Assembly (NCBI GenBank): GCA_038087875.1
Contig: CM076002.1
Span: forward strand, 434,001-498,000
Length of the DNA: 64,000 nucleotides
Direction: 5' to 3'
Source of the DNA: Malacoraja senta
Lineage: Eukaryota
Below the pieces are notes generated by a model. That model was given only the letters and a program-made list of their open reading frames with translations, searched no databases and was not told the origin of the DNA. The position numbers were made by a program, and so were the translations under genes. Each line of letters opens with the position of its first letter. Positions within the stretch are counted from its first letter, which is position 1. Shown here one piece after another: positions 1-11,470 of the stretch.

Positions 1-112
1 AGCGGAGATTTCACCGGGTTTTAAAATCCAGATTACAAAAACTTGGGGAGGATCGTCCCCCACCTCTCAACAGAGGGGGAGCGTGTCCCCCCCCCCCGGA
101 TTTCTGCCCCTG
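1..112. mobile_element. Possible right end of a non-autonomous DNA transposon (hAT-like MITE), cut by the window edge
   Basis: C-run followed by GGATTTCTGCCCCTG (reverse complement CAGGGGCAGAAATCC), resembling CAGGGGC-type TIRs; the partner end is not in the window. Confidence 0.3.
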
Positions 113-257
113 GTGACATCCACCATCATGAAGTGCGTTGAGAGGATGGCTATGGTACAGATTAAATCCAGCCTACCAAGCAACCTTGATCCACTGCAGT
201 TCATCAACCACCACAACAGATCCATGGCTGATGCCATCTCCCTGGTCCTACACTAAC
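113..257 (+). mobile_element. Rex1/Babar LINE reverse-transcriptase fragment
   Basis: Manual translation TSTIMKCVERMAMVQIKSSLPSNLDPLQF..NRSMADAISLVLH* matches the Rex1/Babar RT motif LTSxIMKCFERLV...LDPLQFAY..NRSTxDAI. Confidence 0.75.
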
Positions 258-454
258 CCATGCCGACCAAGAATAGAACTATGGCCACTGGTCCCAAAGT
301 GCTTCCCCAGTGACATCTCCGTCACTTGCCCCTGCCCCATTTCACAAGAGCATATCAAGCTTGGCTCTCTCCATAGTAGGTCATCTATGCAGTACATGAA
401 TGCAGTTCCTGAATACATTCACCATTTCCACCCATCAATGCCTTAACACTTTGG

Positions 455-625
455 TAGTCCTAGTCTGTATTATCCTATTATGACCAGTCTGCTGTTTATA
501 CAACTCTCCACAATCTCTTGCCATATTTGTTCCTCTAATTCCTGTTGCCTATTTGGAGGCCTATAGAACGGCTTCAACGAGATGATCATCTCCTCCTTAT
601 TTCTCAGCTCCCCCCATAAACCAGG
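455..625 (-). mobile_element. Old CR1 AP-endonuclease fragment
   Basis: Minus-strand translation ELRNKEEMIISLKPFYRPPNRQQELEEQIWQEIVESCINSRLVIIG. Confidence 0.65.
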
Positions 626-762
626 TTGTGCAGGAGTCCCTCCCTCGTGGCCATCCTTGTCTCAAACAGATATACCATGCTGGTTATTGCATGGGTGTGG
701 TCTCTCAAAGGGGAAAACACACATGTGGCACATCTGTAGCATTACAGCTGGACTCTGCTGCA

Positions 763-1180
763 CATAGAAGATACAACACTACAGCACAGGAACAGGACCT
801 TCGGCCCACACTGTTCATGCTGTACATGATGGCAAGATCAACAAATCTCGGCTGCCTGCACATAATCCATACCCATCCATTCCCTGCATGTGCCTATCTA
901 AAAGCCTCTAAATGCTACTATCATTGCTGCCTCCACTAGCAGCCCTTGTAGAACTTTCCAGGCACACACACCATCTGAGTAATTAATGTCCCACACATCT
1001 CCTTTATGCTTTGCCCCTCTAACCTTGAACCTCTGTCCTCTAGTCTTTGAAATATCCATCCTAGGGAAAAAGATTCTGACTGTCTAACTTCTCTATGTGT
1101 CTTATAATTTTATTTTATTTATCAGATCTCCCCTCAGCTTCTGATGCACCAGAGAAAACAATCCTGGTCTGTCCAAACTG
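763..1180 (-). mobile_element. Degraded CR1 3' end
   Basis: Diverged version of the CR1 3' UTR and RT C-terminus seen elsewhere in the window (acagcacaggaacagg..cttcggccc; aaccttgaacctctgtcctctagt). Confidence 0.65.
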
Positions 1181-1189
1181 CTTTTACAT

Positions 1190-2336
1190 CAGAAACATAG
1201 AAACATAGAAAATAGGTGCAGGAGGAGGCCATTCGGCCCTTCTAGCCAGCACCGCCATTCATTGTGATCATGGCTGATCGTCCCCAATCAATAACCCGTG
1301 CCTGCCCTCTCCCCATATCCCTTGATTCCACTAGCCCCTAGAGCTCTATCTAACTATCTCTTAAATCCATCCAGTGACCTGGCCTCCACTGCCCTCTGTG
1401 GCAGGGAATTCCATAAATTCACAACTCTCTGGGTGAAAAAGTTTTTTCTCACCTCAGTCTTAAATGACCTCCCCTTTATTCTAAGACCGTGGCCCCTGGT
1501 TCTGGACTCGCCCAACATTGGGAAAAAAATTCCTGCATCTAGCTTGTCCAGTCCTTTTATAATTTTATATGTTTCTATAAGATGCCCCCTCATCCTTCTA
1601 AACTCCAGTAAATACAAGCCTAGTCTTTTCAATCTTTCCTCATATGACAGTTCCGCTATCCCAGGGATCAATCTCGTGAACCTATGCTGCAATGCCTCAA
1701 TCACATGGATGTCCTTCCTCAAATTAGGAGAACAAAACTGTACGCAATACTCCAGATGTGGTCTTACCAGAGCTGTATACAACTGCAGAAGAACCTCTCT
1801 ACTCCTATACTGAAATCCTCTTGTTATGAAGGCCAACATTCCATTCGCTTTCTTCACTGCCTGCTGTACCTGCACGTCAACTTTCAGTGACTGGTGTACA
1901 AGGACACCCAGGTCTCACTGTACCTCCCCCTTACCTAACCTAACCCCATTGAGATAATAATCTGCGCCCTTGTTTTTGCCACCAAAGTGGATAACCTCAC
2001 ATTTATCTATATTATACTGCATCTGCCACGCATCTGCCCACTCACTCAACCTGTCCAGGTCACCCTGCAACCTCCTAACATCCTCTTCACAGTTCACACT
2101 TCCACCCAGCTTTGTGTCATCTGCAAACTTGCTATAGTTGCTCCTAATTCCCTCTTCCAAATCATTAATATATATGGTAAACAGTTGCGGCCCAAACACC
2201 GAGCCTTGCGGTACTCCACTCGCCACTGCCTGCCATTCTGAAAATGACCCGTTCACTCCTACTCGTTGCTTCCGGTCTGCCAACCAATTTTCTATCCACG
2301 TCAACACCCTACCTCCAATACCATGTGCTCTAATTT
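1190..2336 (-). mobile_element. 5'-truncated CR1 LINE (RT C-terminal half and 3' UTR)
   Basis: ORFs 1915-2307 (GVPQGSV, FADDTK) and 1354-1875 (RPHLEYC); (CTATGTTT)n tail at 1190-1210. Confidence 0.95.
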
Positions 2337-2339
2337 ACC

Positions 2340-3769
2340 CTCTAAGTGGAAGACATCAGTGGAAGACACCAGCAGTGTGCCTGCAATCCTAGAGAGTCAG
2401 GGGGTGGATGTTAGTGCAGGGGCAATACTAAGGAGAAGGTGCGAGGAAATTGAAAGGTCTGAGGGTGGATACGTCACATGGACTGGATAGACTGCACCCC
2501 AGGGTTCTGAAGGAGGTGGCCTCAGAGATTGTGGAGGCATTGTTGTGATATTTCAAGAATCACTAGAGTTAGGAGTGGTTGCTGAAGATTGTGTAATTGT
2601 GAATATCAGCCTGCTGTACAAGAAGGGAGCAAAGCAGAAGAGCAAAAACCGGTTATCCTGACTTTGGTGGTTGGTAAGATTTTAGAGTCAATTTTGAAGG
2701 ATGGGGTTACGCAGTACTTAGAAGTTCATGATAAAATAGGCCGAAGTAGCATGGATTTGTGAAGGGAAGATCTTGCCTGACAAATCTGTTGGAGTTCTTT
2801 GAGGAAGCTCAGACAGACAGAGGGAAGGCTGTAGATGTTGTTTACCTAGATTTTCAGAAGGCCAATAAGGTGTTGCCACTCAGGCTGCTAGGGATGACGC
2901 GGGCCCACGGTATTAAAGGGAAGATACTAGCATGGATAACAGGTTGGCTGGATGGCCGAGCACAAAGAGTTGCAACAAAAGGCACTTTTTGAGGTTGGCT
3001 GCCAGTGACTTGTGGAGTTCCGCAAGTGTCAGTGCTGGGGCCGCTACTCTTCACGTTGTATATTAATGATTTGGATAAGGGGATTGAAGACTTTGTGGGA
3101 AATTTTGCAGATTATGCTAAGATAGGTGGAGGGGCAGGCAGTGTAGAGGAAACAAGGACTCTGCAGAAGGACTTGGACAGGTTAGGAGAGGTGTTGCATT
3201 TTGGAATGTTGAACAAGGGCAGGACCTACAAATAAATGATCGGCCTCTGGGTAATGTTGCAGAGCAGAGAGATCTAGGAGTACCGGTACATGGTTCCTTG
3301 AAAGCTGAGTCGCAGGTAGATAACGTGGTCAGATAGGGTTTTGGCACATTGGCCTTCGTCAGTCTATCAAAGTATTGAGTATTGAAGTTGGGGAGTCATG
3401 TTGCAGTTGTATAAGATGTTGGTGAGACCGCATTTAGAATATTGTGTTCAGTTCTGAGCACCATGTTATAGGAAAGATATTGTCACGCTTGAAAGGGTAC
3501 AGAAAAGATTTATGAGGATGTTGCCAGGACTAGAGGGTGTGAGCTACAGGGAGAGGTTGAGTAGGCTGGGCCTCTATTCCATGGAGCATAGGAGGATGAG
3601 GGGAGATCTTATAGAGGTGTACAAAATCATGAGAGGAATAAATCGGGTAGAGGCACAGAGTCTCTTGCCCTGAGTAGGGGAATCGAGGACCAGAGGACAT
3701 GGGTTCAAGGTGAAGTGGAAAAGATTTATTAGGAATCTGAGGGGTAACATTTCACACAAAGGGTGGTGG
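2340..3769 (+). mobile_element. Older, fragmented CR1 ORF2 (RT region)
   Basis: [28 protein letters not shown] motifs, with many stops and frameshifts. Confidence 0.9.
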
Positions 3770-4150
3770 TCCCTGCCTCAACTACCTCCTTTGGCAGCTT
3801 GTTCCACACATCCACCAACATTTGTGCGAAAAAGTTACGCCTCATATTCCTATTCAATCTTTTCCACCTTACCAACATCTTATACAACTGCAACATGACC
3901 TCCCAACTTCTGTACTCAATACTCTGATGAAGGCCAATGTGTCAAAAGCCTATTTGACCACCTTATCTACCATCGACTTGACCTTCAATGAACCATGCAC
4001 TTGTATTCCTAGATCCCTCGGTTCCACAACACTACCCAGAGGCCTACCATTTACTGTGTAGATTCTGCCCTTGTTTAACATCCAAAAATGCAACAACTCA
4101 CACTTCTCTGTATTAAATTCCATCAACCGACCACCTGGCCAATCAATCAA
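3770..4150 (-). mobile_element. CR1 RT C-terminal fragment with internal deletions
   Basis: ORF 3950-4150: MEFNTEKCELLH...RDLGIQVHGSLKV. Confidence 0.85.
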
Positions 4151-4980
4151 GAATCAATGAACAGCCGGCGGTAGTTGTACACCTCGGCACAAACAACATC
4201 GGGAAGAAGAGGAAGGAGGTTCTCCAACATCAGTTCAGTGAGTTGGGAAGAAGACGGAAATGCCGGATTTCCAGAGTGGTTATTTCTGGATTGCTTCCAG
4301 TACCTCGTGCTAGTGAGGACAGGAACAGGGAGATAGGGGATCTGAATGTGTGGCTGAGAGGCTGGTGCAGGGAGCAAGGATTTAGATTTATAGACCACTG
4401 GGATCTCTTCTGGGGTAGGGGTGACCTGTACAAAAGGGATGGGTTACACCTTAACCGGAGGGGGACTGACATTCTGGCAGGCAGGTTCGCTCGGGCTACA
4501 CCTGTGAGTTTAAACTAAATAGTGGGGGGGGGGGGGGATTGACAAATTGGGAGTATAAAGATGGAGTTGAAGGGGAAGTGAATAAAGGGAAAATTACAAA
4601 AGATTCTCAAATTAATGGGAAGGAAAGTTCGAGAAGGGATAAAAGAGTAAGGTCAGGGCCAATTGCGAGTGGTTCGAGGGGGAGTGATTACGGAGGTCAA
4701 AGTGTTGTATATGAATGCGCAAAGTAAATGAAATAAAGTGGACGAGTTTGAGGCTCAGTTAGAAATTGGCAAGTATGATGTTGTGGGAATTACAGAGACA
4801 TGGCTGCAAGACGGCCAGGGCTGGGAACTGAATTTCCAAGGATATACCTCCTATCGAAAAGACAGACAGGTGGGCAGAGGGGGTGGGGTAGCTCTGTTGG
4901 TGAGGAATGAAATTCGGTTCCTTGCAAGGGGTGACATAGAAACAGGAGATGTGGAGTCAGTATGGATAGAACTAAGGAAT

Positions 4981-5157
4981 ATTTAAGAGGGAGCTAGATG
5001 TGGCCCTTGTGGCTAAAGGGATCAGAGGGTATGGAGAGAAGGCAGGTACGGGATACTGAGTTGGATGATCAGCCATGATCATATTGAATGGCGGTGCAGG
5101 CTCGAAGGGCCGAATGGCCTACTCCTGCACCTAATTTCTATGTTTCTATGTTTCTAT
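4981..5157 (+). mobile_element. Short CR1 3'-end insertion
   Basis: Interrupts host aggaat^tgtaagggt (intact at about 17133); ends in (CTATGTTT)n. Confidence 0.9.
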
Positions 5158-5649
5158 GTAAGGGTAAAAATACCCTAATGGGACTAATCTACAGGCCCCC
5201 AAACAGTAGCCTTGACATAGGGTGCAAGTTGAATCAGGAGTTAAAATTGGCATGTAGTAAAAGTAATGCTGCGGTTGTTATGGGAGATTTCAACATGCAG
5301 GTAGACTGGGAAAATCAGGTTGGTACTGGACCCCAAGAAAGGGAATTTGTAGAGTGCCTTCGTGATGGATTATTAGAGCAGCTTTTATTGGAGCATACCA
5401 GGGAGAACGCAATTCTGCATTTAGTGTTATGTAATGAACCAGATTTGATAAAGGAACTTGAGGTTAATGAGGAGGCAGTGACCATAATATGGTCAGGTTT
5501 AATCTACAATTGGAGAGGGAGAAGGATAAATCAGAGGTGTCAGTTTTACAGTTGAATTAAGAGGTCTATGGGGCCATGAGGGAGGAGCTGGCCAAAGTTG
5601 ACTGGAAAGATAAACTAGCAGGGATGACAGTGGGCAACAATGGCAGGTA

Positions 5650-7197
5650 CTGGTCAAATGTACTGGTCAAATGTCATATGTCATTAGAAACGGGAATAGT
5701 GCCGGAGGATTGGCGTACTGCGCATGTTGTTCCGTTGTTTAAAAAGGGTTCTAAGAGTAAACCTAGCAATTATAGACCTGTTAGTTTGACGTCAGTTGTG
5801 GGCAAATTAATGGAAAGGATACTTAGAGATAATATATATAAGCATCTGGATAAGCAGGGTCTGATTAGGAACAGTCAACATGGATTTGTGCCTGGAAGGT
5901 CATGTTTGACTAATCTTATAACCATATAACCATATAATCTTCTTGAATTTTTCGAAGCGGTTTCTAGGGAAATTGATGAGGATAAAGCAGTGGATGTTGT
6001 CTATATGGACTTCAGTAAGGCCTTTGACAAGGTTCCTCATGGAAGGTTGGTTAAGAAGATTCAATTGTTGGGTATTAATGGTGGAGTAGCAAGATGGATT
6101 CAACAGTGCCTGAATGGTAGATGCCAGAGAGTAATGGTGGATGGCTGTTTGTCAGGTTGGAGGCCGGTGACTAGTGGGGTGCCTCAGGGGTCTGTGTTGG
6201 GTCCACTGTTGTTTGTCATGTACATCAATGATCTGGATGATGGTGTGGAAAATTGGATTAGTAAGTATGCAGATGATACTAAGATAGGTGGTGTGGTGGA
6301 TAATGAAGTAGATTTTCAAAGTCTACAGAGAGATTTAGGCCATTTGGAAGAGTGGGCTGAAAGATGGCAGATGGAGTTTAATGCTGATAAATGTGAGGTA
6401 CTACATCTCGGCAGGACAAATCAAAATAGGACGTACATGGTAAATGGTAGAGAATTGAGGAATGCAGTTGAACAGAGGGATCTAGGAATAACTGTACATA
6501 GTTCCCTGAAGGTGGAATCTCATGTAGATAGGGTGGTAAAGAAAGCTTTTGGTGTGCTGGCCTTTATAAATCAGAGCATTGAATATAGAAGTTGGGATGT
6601 AATGTTAAAATTGTACAAGGCATTGGTGAGGCCAATTCTGGAGTATGGAGTACAATTTTGGTCGCCTAATTATAGGAAGGATGTCAACAAAATAGAGAGA
6701 GTACAGCAGAGATTTACTAGAATGTTGCCTGGGTTTCAGCAACTAAGTTACAGAGAAAGGTTGAACAAGTTAGGTCTTTATTCTTTGGAGCGCAGAAGGT
6801 TAAGAGGGGACTTGATAGAGGTCTTTAAAATTATGAGCGGGTTAGACAGAGTTGACGTGCATAAGCTTTTCCCATTGAGAGTAGGGAAGATTCAAACAAG
6901 GGGACATGACTTGAGAATTAAGGGACAGAAGTTTAGGGGTAACATTAGGGGGAACTTCTTTACTCAGAGAGTGGTAGCTGTGTGGAATGAGCTTCCAGTG
7001 GAAGTGGTGGAGGCAGGTTCGATTTTATCCTTTAAAAATAGATTGGATGGGTATATGGACGGGAAAGGAATGGAGGGTTATGGTCTGAGTGCAGGTAGAT
7101 GGGACTAGGGGGAAGTTTTAAAAAAGTGTTCGGCACGGACTTGAAGGGCCGAGACGGCCTGTTTCCGTGCTGTAATGGTTATATGGTTATATGGTTA
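5650..7197 (+). mobile_element. Nested 5'-truncated CR1 of the TTATATGG-tail subfamily
   Basis: ORF 5990-7108 with YADDTK; tail (TTATATGG)n at 7174-7197; host tggcaggta^tttctggga is split; nearly identical to 26830-28330. Confidence 0.95.
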
Positions 7198-9288
7198 TTT
7201 CTGGGAGTAATACAGAAGGTGCAGGATCAGTTCATTCCTAGGAGGAAGAAAGATTCCAAGGGGAGAAAGGGACGGCCATGGCTGACAAGGGACGTCAGGG
7301 ACATTATAAAAATTAAAACAAAGAAGTACAACGTAGCAAAGATGAGCGGGAAGCAAGAGGATTGGGTAATGTTTAAAGAGCAACAGAAGATAACCAAAAA
7401 GCTAATACGGGGAGAAAAGATGAGTTACGAAGGTAAGCTAGCCAAGAATATAAAGGAAGATAGTAAAAGCTTCTTTGGGTATGTGAAGAGGAAAACATTA
7501 GTTAATGCCAAAGTTGGACCCTTGAAGACTGAAAAAAGTGAATTTATTATGGGGAACAGGAAATGGCAGATGAGTTGAACAGGTACTTTGGATCCGTCTT
7601 CACTAAGGAGGACACAAACAATCTTCCTGATATAGTAGTGGCAAGAGGACCTGGGGTAACAGAGGAACTGAAGGAAATCCACATTAGGCAGGAAATGATG
7701 TTGGGTTGACTGGATGGTACTGAAGGCTGATAAATCCCCAGGGCCTGATGGTCTGCATCCCCAGGGTACTAAAGGCCCTAGAAATCGTGGATGCATTGGT
7801 GATAATTTTCCAATGTTCTATAGACTCAGGATCTGTTGCTGTGGATTGGAGGGTAGCTAATGTAATCCGACTTTTTAAGAAAGGCGGGAGAGAGAAAACA
7901 GGGAATTATAGACCAGTTAGCCTGACATCGGTGGTGGGGAAGATGCTGGAGTCAATTATAAAAGATGAAATAGCCGCACATTTGTTTAGCAGTAACAGGA
8001 TCGGTCCGAGTCAGCATGGATTTACGAAGGGGAAATCATGCTTGACTAATCTTCTGGGATTTTTTGAGGATGAAACTAGGAAAATGGACAAGGGAGAGCC
8101 AGTGGATGTAATGTACCTGGACTTTCAGAAAGCATTTGATAAGGTCCCACATAGGGGATTAGCGGGCAAAATTAGGGCACATGGTATTGGGGGTAGAGTG
8201 CTGACATGGATAGAAAATTGGTTGGCAGACAGGAAACAAAGAGAAGAGATTAACGGGTCCCTTTCAGAATGGCAGGCAGTGACTAGTGGGGTACCGCAAG
8301 GCTCGGTGCTGGGACCGCATCTATTTACAATATACATCAATGATTTAGATGAAGGGCTTCAAGGTAACATTAGCAAATTTGCAGATGACACAAAGCTGGG
8401 TGGCAGTGTGAACTGTGAGGAGGATGCTAGGAGAATGCAGGGTGACTTGGACAGGTTGGGGAGTGGGCAGATGCATGGCAGATTAAGTTTAATGTGGATA
8501 AATGTGAGGTTATCCACTTTGGTGTAAAAAACAGGAAGGCAGATTACTATCTAAATGGCGTCAAGTTGGGAAAAGGGGAAGTACAACGGGATCGGGGGGT
8601 CCTTGTTCATCAGTCTATGAAAGTAAGCATGCAGGTACAGCAGGCAGTAAAGGAAGCGAATGGCATGTTGGCCTTTATAACAAGAGGAGTCGAGTATAGG
8701 AGCAAAGAGGTCATTCTGCAGTTGTACAGGGCCCTAATGAGACCACACCTGGAGTATTGTATGCATTTTTAGTCCCCTAATTTGAGGAAGAACATTCTTG
8801 CTATAGAGGGAGTGCAGCGTAGGTTTACAAGGTTAATTCCCGGGATGGCGGGACTGTCATATGCTGAGAGAATGGAGCGGCTGGGCTTGTACACTCTGGA
8901 GTTTAGAAGGATGAGAGGGCACCTTATTGAAACATATAAGATTGTTAAGGGTTTGGACACGCTAAAGGCAGGAAACATGTTCCCGATGTAGGGGGAGTCC
9001 AGACCAGGGGTAACAATTTAAGAATAAGGGGTAAGACATTTAGAACGGAGATGAGGAAACACTTTTACTCACAGAGAGTTGTGAGTCTGTGGTATTCTTT
9101 ACCTCAGAGGGCGATGGCGGCCGGTTCTCTGGATACTTTCAAGAGAGAACTAGATAGGGCTCTTAGAGATAGCGGAGTCAGTGGATATGGGGAGAAGGCA
9201 GGAACGGGGTACTGATTGGGGATGATCAGCCATGATCACATGGAATGGCCGTGCTGTCTCTTGTCTATTGTCTATTGTCTATTGTCTA

Positions 9289-10915
9289 ATCCCCAATCTA
9301 TAGAACATTGGAAAATGATCACCAATACGTCCACGATTTCTGGAGCCACTTCCGTAAGTACCCTGGGATGCAGACCATCAGGCCCTGGGCATTTACCAGC
9401 CTTCAGTCCCATCAGGCTACCCAACACCATTTCCTGCCCAATGTGAATTTCCTTCAGTTCCTCTGTCTCCCTATGTCCTCTGGCCACCAGTACATCTGGG
9501 AGATTGCTTGTGTCTTCCTTAGTGAAGACAGATCCAAAGTACCTATTCAACTCATCTGCCACATCCTTGTTCCCCTTAATAAATTCGCCTGTTTCTGTTT
9601 TTAAGGGACCCGCATTTGTCTTAACTAATTTTTTCCTCTTCACATACCTAAAGCAGCCTTTACTATCCTCCTATATATTCTTGGTTAGCTTACCTTCGTA
9701 TATCATCTTTTCTCACCATATTGCCTTTTTAATTATCTTCTGTTGCTCTTTAAAAGTTTCCCAATCCTCTGGCTTCCCGCTCATCTTTGCTCTGTTATAC
9801 TTATTCTCTTTTATTTTTACACTGTCCTTGACTTCCCTTCTCAGCCACAGTCGCCTCTTGCTCCCCTTAGAATCTTTCTTCCTTGTTGGAATGAACTGAT
9901 CCTGCACCTTTTGTATTGCTCCCAGAAATACCTACCATTGTTGTTCCACTGTCATCCCTGCTGGGGTCCCTTTCCAGTCAACTTTAGCCAGCTCCTCCCT
10001 CATGCCTCCAAGGTCCCCTTTGACCAACTGTAATACTCACACTTCTGATTTTCCCTTCCCCCTCTCAAATTGTAGATTATAACTTATCATATTATGGTCA
10101 CTACCTCCTAATGGCTCCTTTACCTTGAGTTCCCTTATCGAATATGGTTCATTACACAACACTAAATCCAAAAGTGCCTTCTCCCTGGTAGGCTCCAATA
10201 CAAGCTGCTCTAAGAATCAGTCTCGGATGCACTCCCCAAACTCCCTTCCTTGGGGTCCAGTACCAACCTGATTTTCCCAGTCTACCTGCATGTTGAAATT
10301 TCCCATAACCATCGTAGCACTACCTTTGCTATATTGCAATTTTAACTTTTGATTCAACTTGCACCCTATATCCAGGCTACTGTTTGGGGGCCGGTAGATA
10401 ACTTCCATTGGGGTATTTTTACCCTTACAATTCCTCAGTTCTATCCGTACTGACTTTGCATCTCCTGATTCTATGTCACCCCTCGCAAGGGACTGAATTT
10501 CATTCCTCACCAACAGAGCTACCCCACCTCCTCTGCCCACCTGTCTGTATTGTTGATAGGACGTATACCCCTGAATATTCAGTTCCCAGCCCTGGTCCTC
10601 TTGCAGCCACGTCTCTGTAATTCCCATAGCATCATACTTGCCAATTTCAAATTGAGTCTCAAGCTCATCCACTTTATTTCTTATACTTCGCGCATTCATA
10701 TACAACACTTTAACTTCGGTATTCACCTCCCCTCTCACACCGCTCACAATTGGCCCTGACCTTACTATCTTATCCCTTCTCGAACTTTCCTTCCCATTAA
10801 TTTGGGAGTCTTTTGTAACTTTTCCTGTACTCAGTTCTTCTTTAACTCCATCTTTATACTCCCAATTTGTCCCCCCCTCCCCCCTCACTGTTTAGTTTAA
10901 ACCCACATGTGTAGC
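9289..10915 (-). mobile_element. CR1 5' half (ORF1 end, endonuclease, linker, RT start)
   Basis: ORF 10217-10888 (NARSI, GITETWL, YRPPN) and 9272-9643 (GPDGLHPRVL); breaks about 20 bp from where the 14888-16769 piece ends. Confidence 0.92.
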
Positions 10916-11470
10916 ACGTAGTTTCTGTGAAAAGCAAAGGATGTGGTTGGGGTCGGCTGGAACTGAAAACACTGAAGATCTCAGTAAAACCACAGCACAA
11001 TCTGGGCAGAGATCACACTGAGAACCTGAAGCAGCCACTCACTATAACAATATTTAAAAGGCATTTGGAAAGGAACATGGATAGGAAAGGTTTAGAGGGA
11101 TATGGGCCAAATGTGAGAAAATGGGACTCGCTTAGATGGTCGATATCTTGGTCGATATGTACATATTGGGCTGAAGGTAGAAATTAAACCTGGGATAACT
11201 CAGCGGGACAGGCAGAACTCTGGAGAGAAGGAATGGGTGACATTTCGGGTCAAGACCCTTCCTCAGACTTGCCTGCTGAGTCTGTTACCGTGCTGTATGA
11301 CTCCAAGCAGGCCCTTTGTCCCACCATGTCCATACATCTTTGCCCATATGCACCAATCCATTTGCCCGCATTAGATTTGTATCCTTCCATGCATTACATA
11401 GCAGAATCATGAGCGGGACCTTCAAGATTGTAATCTCTGCATTGCTTCTGGTGTCACATGCTCCTGATTA
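10915..11470. repeat. Block B of a local segmental duplication (paralog 46085-46490 and 46921-46960)
   Basis: Colinear sequence tgaaaagcaa(a)ggatgtggttg...gcagaatca(t/c)gagc and taatctctgcattgct..gtcacatgctcct in both places. Confidence 0.85.
11177..11270 (-). mobile_element. Short Penelope-like 3' fragment with a degenerate hammerhead core
   Basis: Reverse complement CTGAGGA-AGGGTCTTGACCC-GAAATGTC; similar to 16056-16150; absent from the paralog at about 46345. Confidence 0.7.

Larger units (their letters stand above)
4155..9287 (+). mobile_element. Long CR1 LINE (ORF1 SGNH-esterase end, ORF2 endonuclease and RT, tail) hosting two nested CR1 insertions
   Basis: VVHLGTN..VISGLLPVP..DGLHLN (ORF1); GITETWL, YRPPN, MGDFN (endonuclease); [22 protein letters not shown] (RT); (CTATTGT)n tail at 9261-9287; the host resumes across inserts at 4981-5157 and about 5650-7197. 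Confidence 0.95.

Noticed and set aside
1298..1813. Antisense ORFs over CR1 RT regions (also 15213-15581, 43501-43869 and others)
   Set aside because: Shadow frames of CR1 ORF2 with no independent evidence
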